From contig CAJWYM010000003.1 of the NCBI GenBank assembly GCA_913049555.1, positions 5,797 to 69,796 of the forward strand: 64,000 nt of DNA. The letters run 5' to 3'. The translations under genes and the position numbers were made by a program. The notes under the pieces were generated by a model that was given only the letters and a program-made list of their open reading frames with translations, made no database searches and was not told the DNA's origin. Numbering within the stretch: position 1 is the stretch's first letter; every line of letters starts with the position of its first letter. This DNA is from an uncultured Opitutia bacterium (lineage in GTDB: Bacteria; Verrucomicrobiota; Verrucomicrobiia; Opitutales; CAJWYM01). Shown piece by piece: positions 49,396-57,393 of this stretch.

Positions 49396-50895
49396 TTATT
49401 CTTGTAGCCAGTTCGTGTCTCGAATGATGGTTTGCCAATTTTTCCTATAATAGGAGAGTTCTCCAAAAAAAGCGATTTCATCTCCCTCTTTGTAATTCTC
49501 TCGAATTTTGTTTCTTAGATTTAAATCCTCAGTCCATAAGTGAAATGGTATTTCATCCACTTGGATTTGCAAAGGAGTAAGGCTCGTTAAGGTGGAATGA
49601 AAGTAGAAAATTTGTTGCAGATGATCCTCGTTTCGAATTGCGCGTGCCTGAACTCCAGATTTGACAAGGGGGGCATCTCTCAAAAGTCTAGAAAAAGGAA
49701 CTCGACTGGGTGCGTTGGCACCAAATTTAGGATCCCCTTTTTGATCTGTTTCTATGAACTCCTCAATGAATTGAAAATCAGGTTTGAGGATGGTAAATCT
49801 GGCGACAAGTGGAAAATGTGCACTCAATCCGTAGCCATTCGGAGAGTTGATCCATCTTTTGGGTCGCTGTGATTTTTCCGAAGAATTGAGGCTATCTATT
49901 TTCAAAACTTGAAAGGAGTTGTCTCGGTACTGGATTCCTTGTTTGTTGTATACATTCCTAGTTAAAAGCAAGTTCATATTAGAAGACAAGGATCCGTTTG
50001 TACTTTCACTGGATCGGGCACTGGCATCCAATTCGTACCATAAATTATAATACTTGGTTTTGTTCCCAATCAATTGAGCCTCTGTGCTTTGTTCCCCCAA
50101 TATATTTTTAAAAGCTGTTTTTTTCCAGCTTGGGAAACGCAATGATTGATCATGACTCGTACTGAAATTTCCCCCGATGAGAATGTCCATGGCCGGCGTT
50201 TCCTCAAGAATTTTGTCGACTCGGTCGTTGAGAACTTTAGCGGCAGAGATGCGAACTCTTTCCCCTTTATAATGATTTCCTGATTGCCATTGATTGTTGA
50301 GAATAGTTAATGGAATTTCATCGATATTTACGAGAACCTCTTGTATGGGAGCACTTCTTATTACCTTGTGAGACTTTTGATAGACAATCGGGTATTTGGA
50401 AAAAACCGCAGTGTTGGTATAAACATTGTTTGTTGGCGGATTAAAATCAGAATTCCCTAGAGCTATCTGATATTCGCCCAAGCCTTGATCTGCAAGCATC
50501 TTTAGTAGAAAAGCTTCTGCAGGAATCCCGATTACTTGGTAATCAAGAGGTTCTTTAAGCATTTCTTCAACAGTCGTATTTTGGAAACGATTCAGGAATA
50601 AATCATAATCCTCTATGCTGCTCTCTGGAGTTCTGTCATTTTCGATGCCTTGAAGTAGGAGGATGTCAGGCCCTCTGCCGGAACGAACTAATTGAAGAAG
50701 CTTTGCGGTATTGTTCAGCCTTTTAAAAAGGTGTGCCGGTTTATAATAGCCCCTATGGTAATCTGCATGCATCGCGGAACCATCCACGTCAAAAAGATTC
50801 TCTAAGTTCAGGACCATAATCGTCAATCCCTTGGCCTGCAATTGCAGCGAAAATTGAAATAAAATAAGCAGAAGAAGAATTCTTCTTAATTTCAT
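49396..50895 (-). CDS. Secreted endonuclease/exonuclease/phosphatase (EEP) family protein
   Basis: The ATG at 50895 gives a signal peptide, MKLRRILLLLILFQFSLQLQA. The mature N-terminus LTIMVLNLENLFD is the classic EEP first motif, with ILLLQGIEN and IGGNFS later. Confidence 0.6.
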   Translation of the reverse strand: MKLRRILLLLILFQFSLQLQAKGLTIMVLNLENLFDVDGSAMHADYHRGYYKPAHLFKRLNNTAKLLQLVRSGRGPDILLLQGIENDRTPESSIEDYDLFLNRFQNTTVEEMLKEPLDYQVIGIPAEAFLLKMLADQGLGEYQIALGNSDFNPPTNNVYTNTAVFSKYPIVYQKSHKVIRSAPIQEVLVNIDEIPLTILNNQWQSGNHYKGERVRISAAKVLNDRVDKILEETPAMDILIGGNFSTSHDQSLRFPSWKKTAFKNILGEQSTEAQLIGNKTKYYNLWYELDASARSSESTNGSLSSNMNLLLTRNVYNKQGIQYRDNSFQVLKIDSLNSSEKSQRPKRWINSPNGYGLSAHFPLVARFTILKPDFQFIEEFIETDQKGDPKFGANAPSRVPFSRLLRDAPLVKSGVQARAIRNEDHLQQIFYFHSTLTSLTPLQIQVDEIPFHLWTEDLNLRNKIRENYKEGDEIAFFGELSYYRKNWQTIIRDTNWLQE

Positions 50896-50920
50896 AGTAA
50901 CAAGATATTTAATCGTTTTT

Positions 50921-51547
50921 TTAGGTTTCTTTGGCCAATTCATCCAAAGTAATTGCATTGGATTTTCCAAATTTTGGCTTAAATTCTGGAAGAGGATTTT
51001 CTTCTGGGGCGGTTTCCACCTCTTCAATGAGGTCTGTTGAAGGAAGCTTTTCATTGGGATCCTCTTTTTCCAAGCTTATGTCCTCATCGGAAGCTAATTT
51101 AGGATGGGAGTCTAAAGAATCTTCCTCAGCAGAGGAAACATCTAAGGAAGAATCATCGGGTAAGGAATTCTCTATCGAGGAATCATCGGGTAAGGATGTC
51201 ACGGATTCATTTTCTTGGAATTTATCTTCAGAGACTTCTTTTTCCTTAGCTAGAAGCTCAATTTTTTTTATTCTAGAGAGCAATGTATCAATCTCTTTTT
51301 GTTGCAATTCAATCGTTTCCTGATCCTTGTTGGATATGTTTGGATCTATCTCTTTTGAACCAACCACCAAAGTTGGAGCCGAATGAGTTTCTTTTTCAGC
51401 CTTTTGATCCTCAAGATCTTTCTTCAAAAGAGCTTCGAACTCATCTAAAGCCTCCGATAAAATCTTAACAACAATCTCAGACAATTTAGGATCGTCTTTA
51501 ATGATGGGGTTTGAAACCGTAAATTTAGCAATGATTTCTTGTTTCAT
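50921..51547 (-). CDS. Highly acidic hypothetical protein with a short tandem repeat
   Basis: 208 aa, very rich in Asp/Glu/Ser, with no signal peptide. It has the tandem SLPDDSSIEN/SLPDDSSLDV, mirrored by a DNA repeat gaatcatcgggtaagga around 51140-51200. Confidence 0.5.
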   Translation of the reverse strand: MKQEIIAKFTVSNPIIKDDPKLSEIVVKILSEALDEFEALLKKDLEDQKAEKETHSAPTLVVGSKEIDPNISNKDQETIELQQKEIDTLLSRIKKIELLAKEKEVSEDKFQENESVTSLPDDSSIENSLPDDSSLDVSSAEEDSLDSHPKLASDEDISLEKEDPNEKLPSTDLIEEVETAPEENPLPEFKPKFGKSNAITLDELAKET

Positions 51548-51761
51548 GATTGATTTTAGTTTTCTGGGATTAGCAAGGCATGTATCAATTGGAGTAGTCT
51601 TATTATCGGATCATTGTGGATGATTGGCAAGTATCTAAAACTTAATTTTGGTCCATAAGATCCCACGGAAAGCAATCCTATTAGGATAAAAACATTTTGA
51701 ATTTTCAAATTTGTTTGTAGGCCTACAACAATCAGAACTTTAGTGAGTAGATTTATTAACT

Positions 51762-52724
51762 GTTGCGGATTGACCGCAGGTTCTGAATTACTAAGATATA
51801 AATTGAGTATTGCAGAAATTACCAGTTGTTGCGGATTGACCGCAGGTTCTGAATTACTAAGATGATTCCCAATGGATGGTTTGTAGAAGGCATGTTGCGG
51901 ATTGACCGCAGGTTCTGAATTACTAAGATTTGTTGGAGTGCAGGGAAAGAGTGGGAGGTGTTGCGGATTGACCGCAGGTTCTGAATTACTAAGATCAAGC
52001 GTTTCGTTTTCCAATTTCTATTTGGGTTGCGGATTGACCGCAGGTTCTGAATTACTAAGATTTTGCTGAAAAAAACTCACGAACATTATTAGTTGCGGAT
52101 TGACCGCAGGTTCTGAATTACTAAGATAAGTCGTCTGCGTCTACATTGCTAAACCAGGTTGCGGATTGACCGCAGGTTCTGAATTACTAAGATTTGGAAT
52201 GAATTGGTGGAATAAACACGTTAGGTTGCGGATTGACCGCAGGTTCTGAATTACTAAGATTTCTGGACGAAAAAGGTTGCATCATAGGTTTAGTTGCGGA
52301 TTGACCGCAGGTTCTGAATTACTAAGATTAACATTATAGATCAGTTTAGCACTCTTGAGTTGCGGATTGACCGCAGGTTCTGAATTACTAAGATTGAACA
52401 ACTTGAAGACATTTATGTTCAATAGTTGCGGATTGACCGCAGGTTCTGAATTACTAAGATAATAGGAAATCAGCCGATTAGAAGAGTTCTGTTGCGGATT
52501 GACCGCAGGTTCTGAATTACTAAGATTTGCCGAGAACTAGAGAGACAGATAACACTGTTGCGGATTGACCGCAGGTTCTGAATTACTAAGATTAAATAAG
52601 CACATCGTTCAGCACTTTGATCGTTGCGGATTGACCGCAGGTTCTGAATTACTAAGATAATTGAGAAACACAGCCTTTGTAATTTGTAGTTGCGGATTGA
52701 CCGCAGGTTCTGAATTACTAAGAT
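51762..52724 (+). CRISPR. CRISPR array: 15 identical 36-bp repeats (GTTGCGGATTGACCGCAGGTTCTGAATTACTAAGAT) and 14 spacers (twelve of 30 bp, one of 31 bp, one of 32 bp)
   Basis: Repeats start at 51762, 51828, 51894, 51960, 52026, 52092, 52158, 52225, 52293, 52359, 52425, 52491, 52557, 52623 and 52689. The plus-strand orientation is inferred from complementarity to the plus-strand tracrRNA, the GTTG...AT repeat ends typical of type II-C, and the repeat-internal promoter. Confidence 0.97.
51770..51797 (+). promoter_or_regulatory. Repeat-embedded sigma70-like promoter (representative copy; the same element is present in all 15 repeats)
   Basis: Repeat positions 9-14 are TTGACC (-35). A 16-bp spacer follows. 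Repeat positions 31-36 are TAAGAT (-10), which is the last 6 nt of the repeat. Confidence 0.55.
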
Positions 52725-52728
52725 ATAC

Positions 52729-52777
52729 TTCCTGTAAATTGTTATTTTTTAATAGTTTACAGGAATTATTATTTTTT
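52729..52777 (+). terminator. Intrinsic terminator-like hairpin at the cas2-proximal end of the array
   Basis: ttcctgtaaa-(17-nt loop)-tttacaggaa forms a 10-bp stem, followed by ttattatttttt on the plus strand. Confidence 0.5.
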
Positions 52778-52794
52778 AAATTTGCACATTTTTC

Positions 52795-53127
52795 TCAAAA
52801 AAGCATGAGTTGTACCGGTTTTTTCTCAGTTTTCTGAAGCTTTCGATTGCAAATAAATACGCTTTCAGCGAATTGACGATCTGTAAAAAAAAGGATTGTT
52901 ACATCTCCTGAGTCTGGAACATGAGTTTTTATACGCTGAACATAGGGTTTTAACTTATCTCGTTCTCCTATAAATCGGAGATAAACGGAGTATTGTGACA
53001 TCTCGAAACCTTCATCCAAAAGAAAATTTCTAAATCCAGAGGCACTTTTTCTCTCATTATCAGTTATTACAGGAAGATCGAACATGACCATAATCCACAT
53101 AAGTCGGTATCCATTCAAGGGGTTCAT
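52795..53127 (-). CDS. cas2: CRISPR-associated endoribonuclease Cas2 (type II)
   Basis: 110 aa. YRLMWIMVMFDLPV...FRNFLLDEGFEMSQYSVYLRF is the typical type II Cas2 N-terminus. There is a 4-nt overlap with cas1. Confidence 0.9.
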   Translation of the reverse strand: MNPLNGYRLMWIMVMFDLPVITDNERKSASGFRNFLLDEGFEMSQYSVYLRFIGERDKLKPYVQRIKTHVPDSGDVTILFFTDRQFAESVFICNRKLQKTEKKPVQLMLF

Positions 53128-54062
53128 AGAGTATTCTTTAAAAACTCTTTCATAGCAGAGATAGAGGGTAAAGAAGGTTTTGAAAGTTGTTTTTTGTGAC
53201 CTGAAGCAATACCCGCTAGATCTCGAGTTATTTGCATTATGTGACTAAATAAATCTAAAGAGTTCTTGTCTTCTTCCCTTTTCCATTTGAAATGAAGAAG
53301 GGAAACAATACGAGTTTTCATGTTATTATCTAGGATGAGTTCCTCATAAGGATCTTTAATCCAAATAGAATATACAATGGCATCAATTAAGGGACGAAAC
53401 GGCTCCATCAAGTCATCGGCCAATCGAAATACATTGACACTTTGTTTGTGATGAAGTGCAAAAGATGGATGTAAGCCGGCAGCATAAATTGCTCTAATCG
53501 TGGATGCTCGAATTATCGTATAGCCATAATTTAGACAAGAATTAATACCTGGTTCATTTCTATCCCGAGTAAAATCTCTTCCCATCAATATTTTCCAATA
53601 TCTAGATGCCCCTGCTGACTCTCTATTATCTAAATCTCCAGATTTTACTTTTTTTGCCATGAGTAAAAGTGGCTTATGATTCAAACCAAACAACTCTAAC
53701 ACTTTAGCTTGATTCATCAATTTAGCCTGGATGATGGCTTTCCAAGCCTGTTTCTTTTTGGGTATGGGCATCAATGCTTGTTTCTCATGAACGCCTGATT
53801 GTTGATAATGAGATTGCGTAGGTGTTAAAATTGCTTCTGGCAAAAATGAAGAATTGCATAGTATCAATGGTATTTTGTGGGTTGCCAGTTTACATAAGAG
53901 TGAGTGAGAAAAAGAAGTTCCGCGTGCAAGGACAATAACGGCATGAATTAAATCGAAAGGGATTCGTTTTTTAACCTCTTTGCCAGTTTTTAGTACCAGA
54001 CAACCTCGACTAGCACTTAGGAAAAAACCATATTCGCTCAATTCAAGAACAGATCCATTCAT
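53124..54062 (-). CDS. cas1: CRISPR-associated endonuclease Cas1 (type II)
   Basis: 312 aa with LNYGYTIIRASTIRAIYAAGLHPSFALHH...FRLADDLMEPFRPLID (Cas1 catalytic region). There is a 4-nt overlap with cas9. Confidence 0.92.
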   Translation of the reverse strand: MNGSVLELSEYGFFLSASRGCLVLKTGKEVKKRIPFDLIHAVIVLARGTSFSHSLLCKLATHKIPLILCNSSFLPEAILTPTQSHYQQSGVHEKQALMPIPKKKQAWKAIIQAKLMNQAKVLELFGLNHKPLLLMAKKVKSGDLDNRESAGASRYWKILMGRDFTRDRNEPGINSCLNYGYTIIRASTIRAIYAAGLHPSFALHHKQSVNVFRLADDLMEPFRPLIDAIVYSIWIKDPYEELILDNNMKTRIVSLLHFKWKREEDKNSLDLFSHIMQITRDLAGIASGHKKQLSKPSLPSISAMKEFLKNTL

Positions 54063-57000
54063 GAAATTTTTACTTTAACGGCTCTAGATTGGACTTTTCC
54101 TAAAATATCAACAGATGCTTTTTTGGCTTTATATTGTTGAAGTTTTGATGCAGGCAATGCCAAAGTTAATTCGTCGCCTTTCTCTCTAGCTATTTGATGT
54201 GCTCGAAAATAAACTCTTCCATCTTGTCTCATTTTCTTTACTTTATATAAATCACTCACTCCATTAATTTCCAACTCTACCATATCGCTTATTTGCAATG
54301 TCATTATTTTTCTGGCAGTAGGATACTCTTTCTTCCAATTAGGTGTAAAACCTCTTTGATGTGCGTCAAAGTTGGATATAATTTCAGATCGCCACTTACC
54401 TTTCTTCTCACCAAAGAGGGGGACATAAATATCTGCACAAAAGTTTCCTCCAGTGGCAACATATTTAAAATGCTCCTTTCCAGCTTGATCTTTGTGCGTG
54501 ATTTTACGCATAGTTCTAATGTCCTTCTCGCGATGGATCCGAACTCTTCTAATACCTGTTTTCACAGTATATTCTGAAAGAAAGGTTTGCCATTCCTTAT
54601 CACTAGTAATAACTCGGTTAGCATCCATGAGTGATTTTTGCACTCTTTGGTCGGCAATTTCTTTTATGTTTTTTTCAGCTTTTTTTATACTTTGTAGTTC
54701 AACCCGATTTGCAACTATTACTTTGTCCTTTTTACCTTGGCTAATAAGCCCGTAATTGGTCTCTTCGTGTAAGGGTGAAATGGATATTTGTGAATTATTT
54801 CTGTCATTTTTCCTTCCAATCTTTAAGCCATGGTCTGGTTTGTATGACACGACAATTCTTTGAGCACTATCTTTAAGTTTATCGGGATTAAAGTGATCCC
54901 AAGGGGAGGGCATGTTGGCAAAAATTTCATCTGGTTTACCCAATTCCATCTCACGCACTTTTTGTGCTGTACTAGATAACTTTTGGAGGAAACGGGTTGT
55001 GGTGCAGGCAACTGTAAACGCATCGATTGCATGATGGCGATTGTCATCCCTATTTTTTACACCATCTGAGAGAATATGATTCAATCCCCAAGAACGACGA
55101 AGTATTGCAGTCATTTGTCCAGTAACTACATTTACTTTAGCAACAATGGTATTTAAATATTGATGAGCCACTTTAGAGAGATATCGAGTATCATTAAGCA
55201 AACGAGCAATGCCATCTCCACTTTCAGCAAATCTGTTCATAGCGTCCGCTTCAAACCTCCATCTTTTATTCTTTGGTAGTTGCATGGCATGACTCATTAT
55301 ACTTGCCCATTCATCAGAACCATAAAATGCCTCATAGGGGGTGCGATTTCCTTTTTTTCTATTAGCATGTCTGAAACAGACCGTTTTGTTTGCCATGGAA
55401 TCATCAAAAGTCTGTGAAAATGGCAACAAATGCTCAATTTCGACTTCTGGGCTGAATAACTGGTGGATAGCAATGGGCTCTCTACTAAATGGACAACAGC
55501 GAGCTGCAGGATTTGTGCTTAATTCCTCCCAAAGTTTAAAACACTGCCTATTTTCACGATTCTTTTTAATCCCTAACTTGTCGAGTTCTGAATCAATCTT
55601 TTGATTTTGTAGAGTGTTTTTTCTCTGGAAATCTTTATACTGTTTCTTTTGTTTTTCAGTTCTCTTCAAATCTCTTGCTAATTCAATAACGATACAGTCT
55701 GGTTTTCCATATTTATTTATTATGGCATTAATTATTTTACGCAGTTGATTGAGTCCAAGATGAACAGTAGGGTTATTTATTTTACCCCAATACTTTTCAG
55801 GTTCTTTTTCTCGATCATACTTAGACCGATCTTGTGGAGGAATAACTACATCTTCAAGTACTTCTCCATAATAGGGCAATTCATCGTAAATCATTTCAGG
55901 ATTACGAGCGGAATGGTGATAACCTGCTTTTTGACAGGCTTCATGATAGCGAAATCCAGCTTGTAGATAGGGAAGTATTTTACGAATTGCTAGCAAACTT
56001 AATTTAGCATGTCCATCCGCAATGCGAATAGATGAAATTTGTTTTGCGTTGTTTTTAGTCATTGAATAATTGTCAATAAAATATTGTAGCAAGGGTTCCT
56101 CCTCAGGCTCATCACGAATGAGTTGAACAATTTCGGTTTGCTTTTTTTCACTCAATTGAAACCACGCTTCTCCAAAACAATTAGAATGTGAAAGTTGTCG
56201 AGCAGTCGTGTCAGCTTTGAGTCCATCCCTTCCAGCACTTTCTAAATTAAATGGACAATCACTCTCAAGATTCAGTATTTTTTTACGGATTGTTTTAAAG
56301 AGTAAGGTGCCTTTAGTATTTACCATGCTTTTTCCCTTTTGCGTGCATAGTAAATGAGACGCTATCAAATTAAGCTCATCTTTAGACAATGACTGCTTTC
56401 CATTCAATGTTTCGAGTTCTAAATTATTAACCTCTTGCCAAACGCGAAACTGTTGAACTAAAGAAATAGATAAGGGTGCTCTTTCACCTGCTTTACCAAC
56501 CGCTTTATATTCAAATGTACATCTACCAACAGGTTGAGGCTTTAAGGGTCGCTGATTGATAATAATGTGATGCACTTTTACCAATAGCTCTGGAGTAAGT
56601 TCGTCATAATGTTTTTTTTGGAAATCCCATATTTTTTCTATCTCAGCTTCATACATGGAGCGATCTGGGTAACCCAAATCCCAAATATTTTTTCCAGATT
56701 TGTTACTTGTAGGGCGGAAACGAGTCCATTCTCCATTTTGATATCTTTCGAACAGAAACTCTCCTAATGTTTTGCCATTTAATGTTTTTTTCAACTTTGA
56801 TATTCCTACCTTCATTCCTGATGACTCATCAAGATCGTTTCTGTCTATTTTTCTATTAGACTTGAAACCACGATGTTTACAAATATGAACAAGAGCTCTA
56901 CCAACTTCAAAAAGACTCAGTTTTTCTCTAACAGCTAAGGCTCTTAATTTGTAAGGGTTTTCATATTTCAGTTCTTGTTGATCCTTCTGATCTACGGGGA

Positions 57001-57259
57001 ACAATCCATGTAAAGTTAGAATTCTTATAAGTTCTCTTTGTCGTGCTAAGGCCCTATCTCTTCTTCTACGACTACATCTTTTCTCCCTTCTTTCTACAGC
57101 AAGAGGTTGATTGCTTTTTGCATCCCTTCCATCAGGAAAAATTCTGACGCCCCAGTCAATTAGCTCACATGGCTCATTGCTGAAATTATTATTTTTTAAT
57201 AAAGCCCAGCCAATGGAACTTTGTCCAAGATCAAGTCCTAGTGTAGTTTTATTTTTCAT
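54059..57259 (-). CDS. cas9: Cas9, type II-C (compact, 1066 aa)
   Basis: RuvC-I LGLDLGQSSIGWALL (Asp10), Arg-rich bridge helix RREKRCSRRRRDRALARQRELIRIL, RuvC-II CIVIELARDL, HNH EIEHLLPFSQTFDDSMANKTVCFRHANRKKGNRTP, and RuvC-III NRHHAIDAFTVA. There is no csn2 or cas4 in the locus. Confidence 0.95.
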   Translation of the reverse strand: MKNKTTLGLDLGQSSIGWALLKNNNFSNEPCELIDWGVRIFPDGRDAKSNQPLAVERREKRCSRRRRDRALARQRELIRILTLHGLFPVDQKDQQELKYENPYKLRALAVREKLSLFEVGRALVHICKHRGFKSNRKIDRNDLDESSGMKVGISKLKKTLNGKTLGEFLFERYQNGEWTRFRPTSNKSGKNIWDLGYPDRSMYEAEIEKIWDFQKKHYDELTPELLVKVHHIIINQRPLKPQPVGRCTFEYKAVGKAGERAPLSISLVQQFRVWQEVNNLELETLNGKQSLSKDELNLIASHLLCTQKGKSMVNTKGTLLFKTIRKKILNLESDCPFNLESAGRDGLKADTTARQLSHSNCFGEAWFQLSEKKQTEIVQLIRDEPEEEPLLQYFIDNYSMTKNNAKQISSIRIADGHAKLSLLAIRKILPYLQAGFRYHEACQKAGYHHSARNPEMIYDELPYYGEVLEDVVIPPQDRSKYDREKEPEKYWGKINNPTVHLGLNQLRKIINAIINKYGKPDCIVIELARDLKRTEKQKKQYKDFQRKNTLQNQKIDSELDKLGIKKNRENRQCFKLWEELSTNPAARCCPFSREPIAIHQLFSPEVEIEHLLPFSQTFDDSMANKTVCFRHANRKKGNRTPYEAFYGSDEWASIMSHAMQLPKNKRWRFEADAMNRFAESGDGIARLLNDTRYLSKVAHQYLNTIVAKVNVVTGQMTAILRRSWGLNHILSDGVKNRDDNRHHAIDAFTVACTTTRFLQKLSSTAQKVREMELGKPDEIFANMPSPWDHFNPDKLKDSAQRIVVSYKPDHGLKIGRKNDRNNSQISISPLHEETNYGLISQGKKDKVIVANRVELQSIKKAEKNIKEIADQRVQKSLMDANRVITSDKEWQTFLSEYTVKTGIRRVRIHREKDIRTMRKITHKDQAGKEHFKYVATGGNFCADIYVPLFGEKKGKWRSEIISNFDAHQRGFTPNWKKEYPTARKIMTLQISDMVELEINGVSDLYKVKKMRQDGRVYFRAHQIAREKGDELTLALPASKLQQYKAKKASVDILGKVQSRAVKVKIS

Positions 57260-57267
57260 TTAGTTAA

Positions 57268-57297
57268 TTGACTTAAGTGAGTACATTTATTTATTAT
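57268..57297 (+). promoter_or_regulatory. Predicted tracrRNA promoter
   Basis: TTGACT (57268-57273), an 18-bp spacer, then TATTAT (57292-57297). The predicted start site (~57303-57305) coincides with the first nucleotides of the anti-repeat. Confidence 0.5.
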
Positions 57298-57302
57298 TTA
57301 TT

Positions 57303-57393
57303 ATCTTAGTAATTCAGAGCCTGCGATCTCTACGTTAACAAGCGAAATTTATCGCAAAAAATTTAATACCAAGCTTCGGCTTGGTATTTTTTT
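57303..57393 (+). ncRNA. Predicted tracrRNA (~90 nt)
   Basis: 57303-57328 (ATCTTAGTAATTCAGAGCCTGCGATC) is complementary to repeat positions 11-36, with 24 Watson-Crick pairs, 1 G-U and 1 mismatch. CGUUAAC (57333-57339) can pair with repeat positions 1-6 across a bulge. There is a small hairpin gcga-aattta-tcgc (57342-57355). The terminal hairpin taccaagc-ttcg-gcttggta (57367-57386) is followed by T7. Confidence 0.75.
57361..57393. terminator. Bidirectional intrinsic terminator shared by the tracrRNA (+) and the WYL regulator gene (-)
   Basis: An 8-bp GC-containing stem with a UUCG loop is flanked by T7 on the plus strand and by AAAAAATTTAA on its left side (a U-rich tail when read on the minus strand). 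The WYL gene stop codon (57392-57394) lies in the T tract. Confidence 0.6.

Noticed and set aside
49062-51054. Long N-terminal extensions of the track ORFs 49062-49481 and 49396-51054, which overlap their upstream genes
   Set aside because: Internal ATGs (49376 and 50895) remove the overlaps. In the EEP gene the internal ATG exposes a canonical signal peptide, so the extended starts were trimmed.
51556-52014. 152-aa minus-strand ORF containing the repeated peptide LSNSEPAVNPQ
   Set aside because: It is the translation of the CRISPR repeats themselves. The periodic peptide repeat equals the 66-bp repeat-spacer unit, so this is not a gene.
52329-52622. Spacers 9 and 13 share a similar 3' portion (at-cag-tttagcactcttga vs atcgttcagcactttga), suggesting two variants of one target
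   Set aside because: The match needs indels, and its core is only ~6-7 contiguous nt in AT-rich sequence. It cannot be distinguished from chance without a protospacer search.
57303-57328. Whether the reverse complement of the tracrRNA anti-repeat acts as the cas9 promoter, because it copies the repeat-embedded promoter
   Set aside because: The -10 (TAAGAT) is retained on the minus strand, but the position equivalent to the -35 reads GAGATC instead of TTGACC. The evidence is too weak to call a promoter, and the cas9 promoter remains unidentified.
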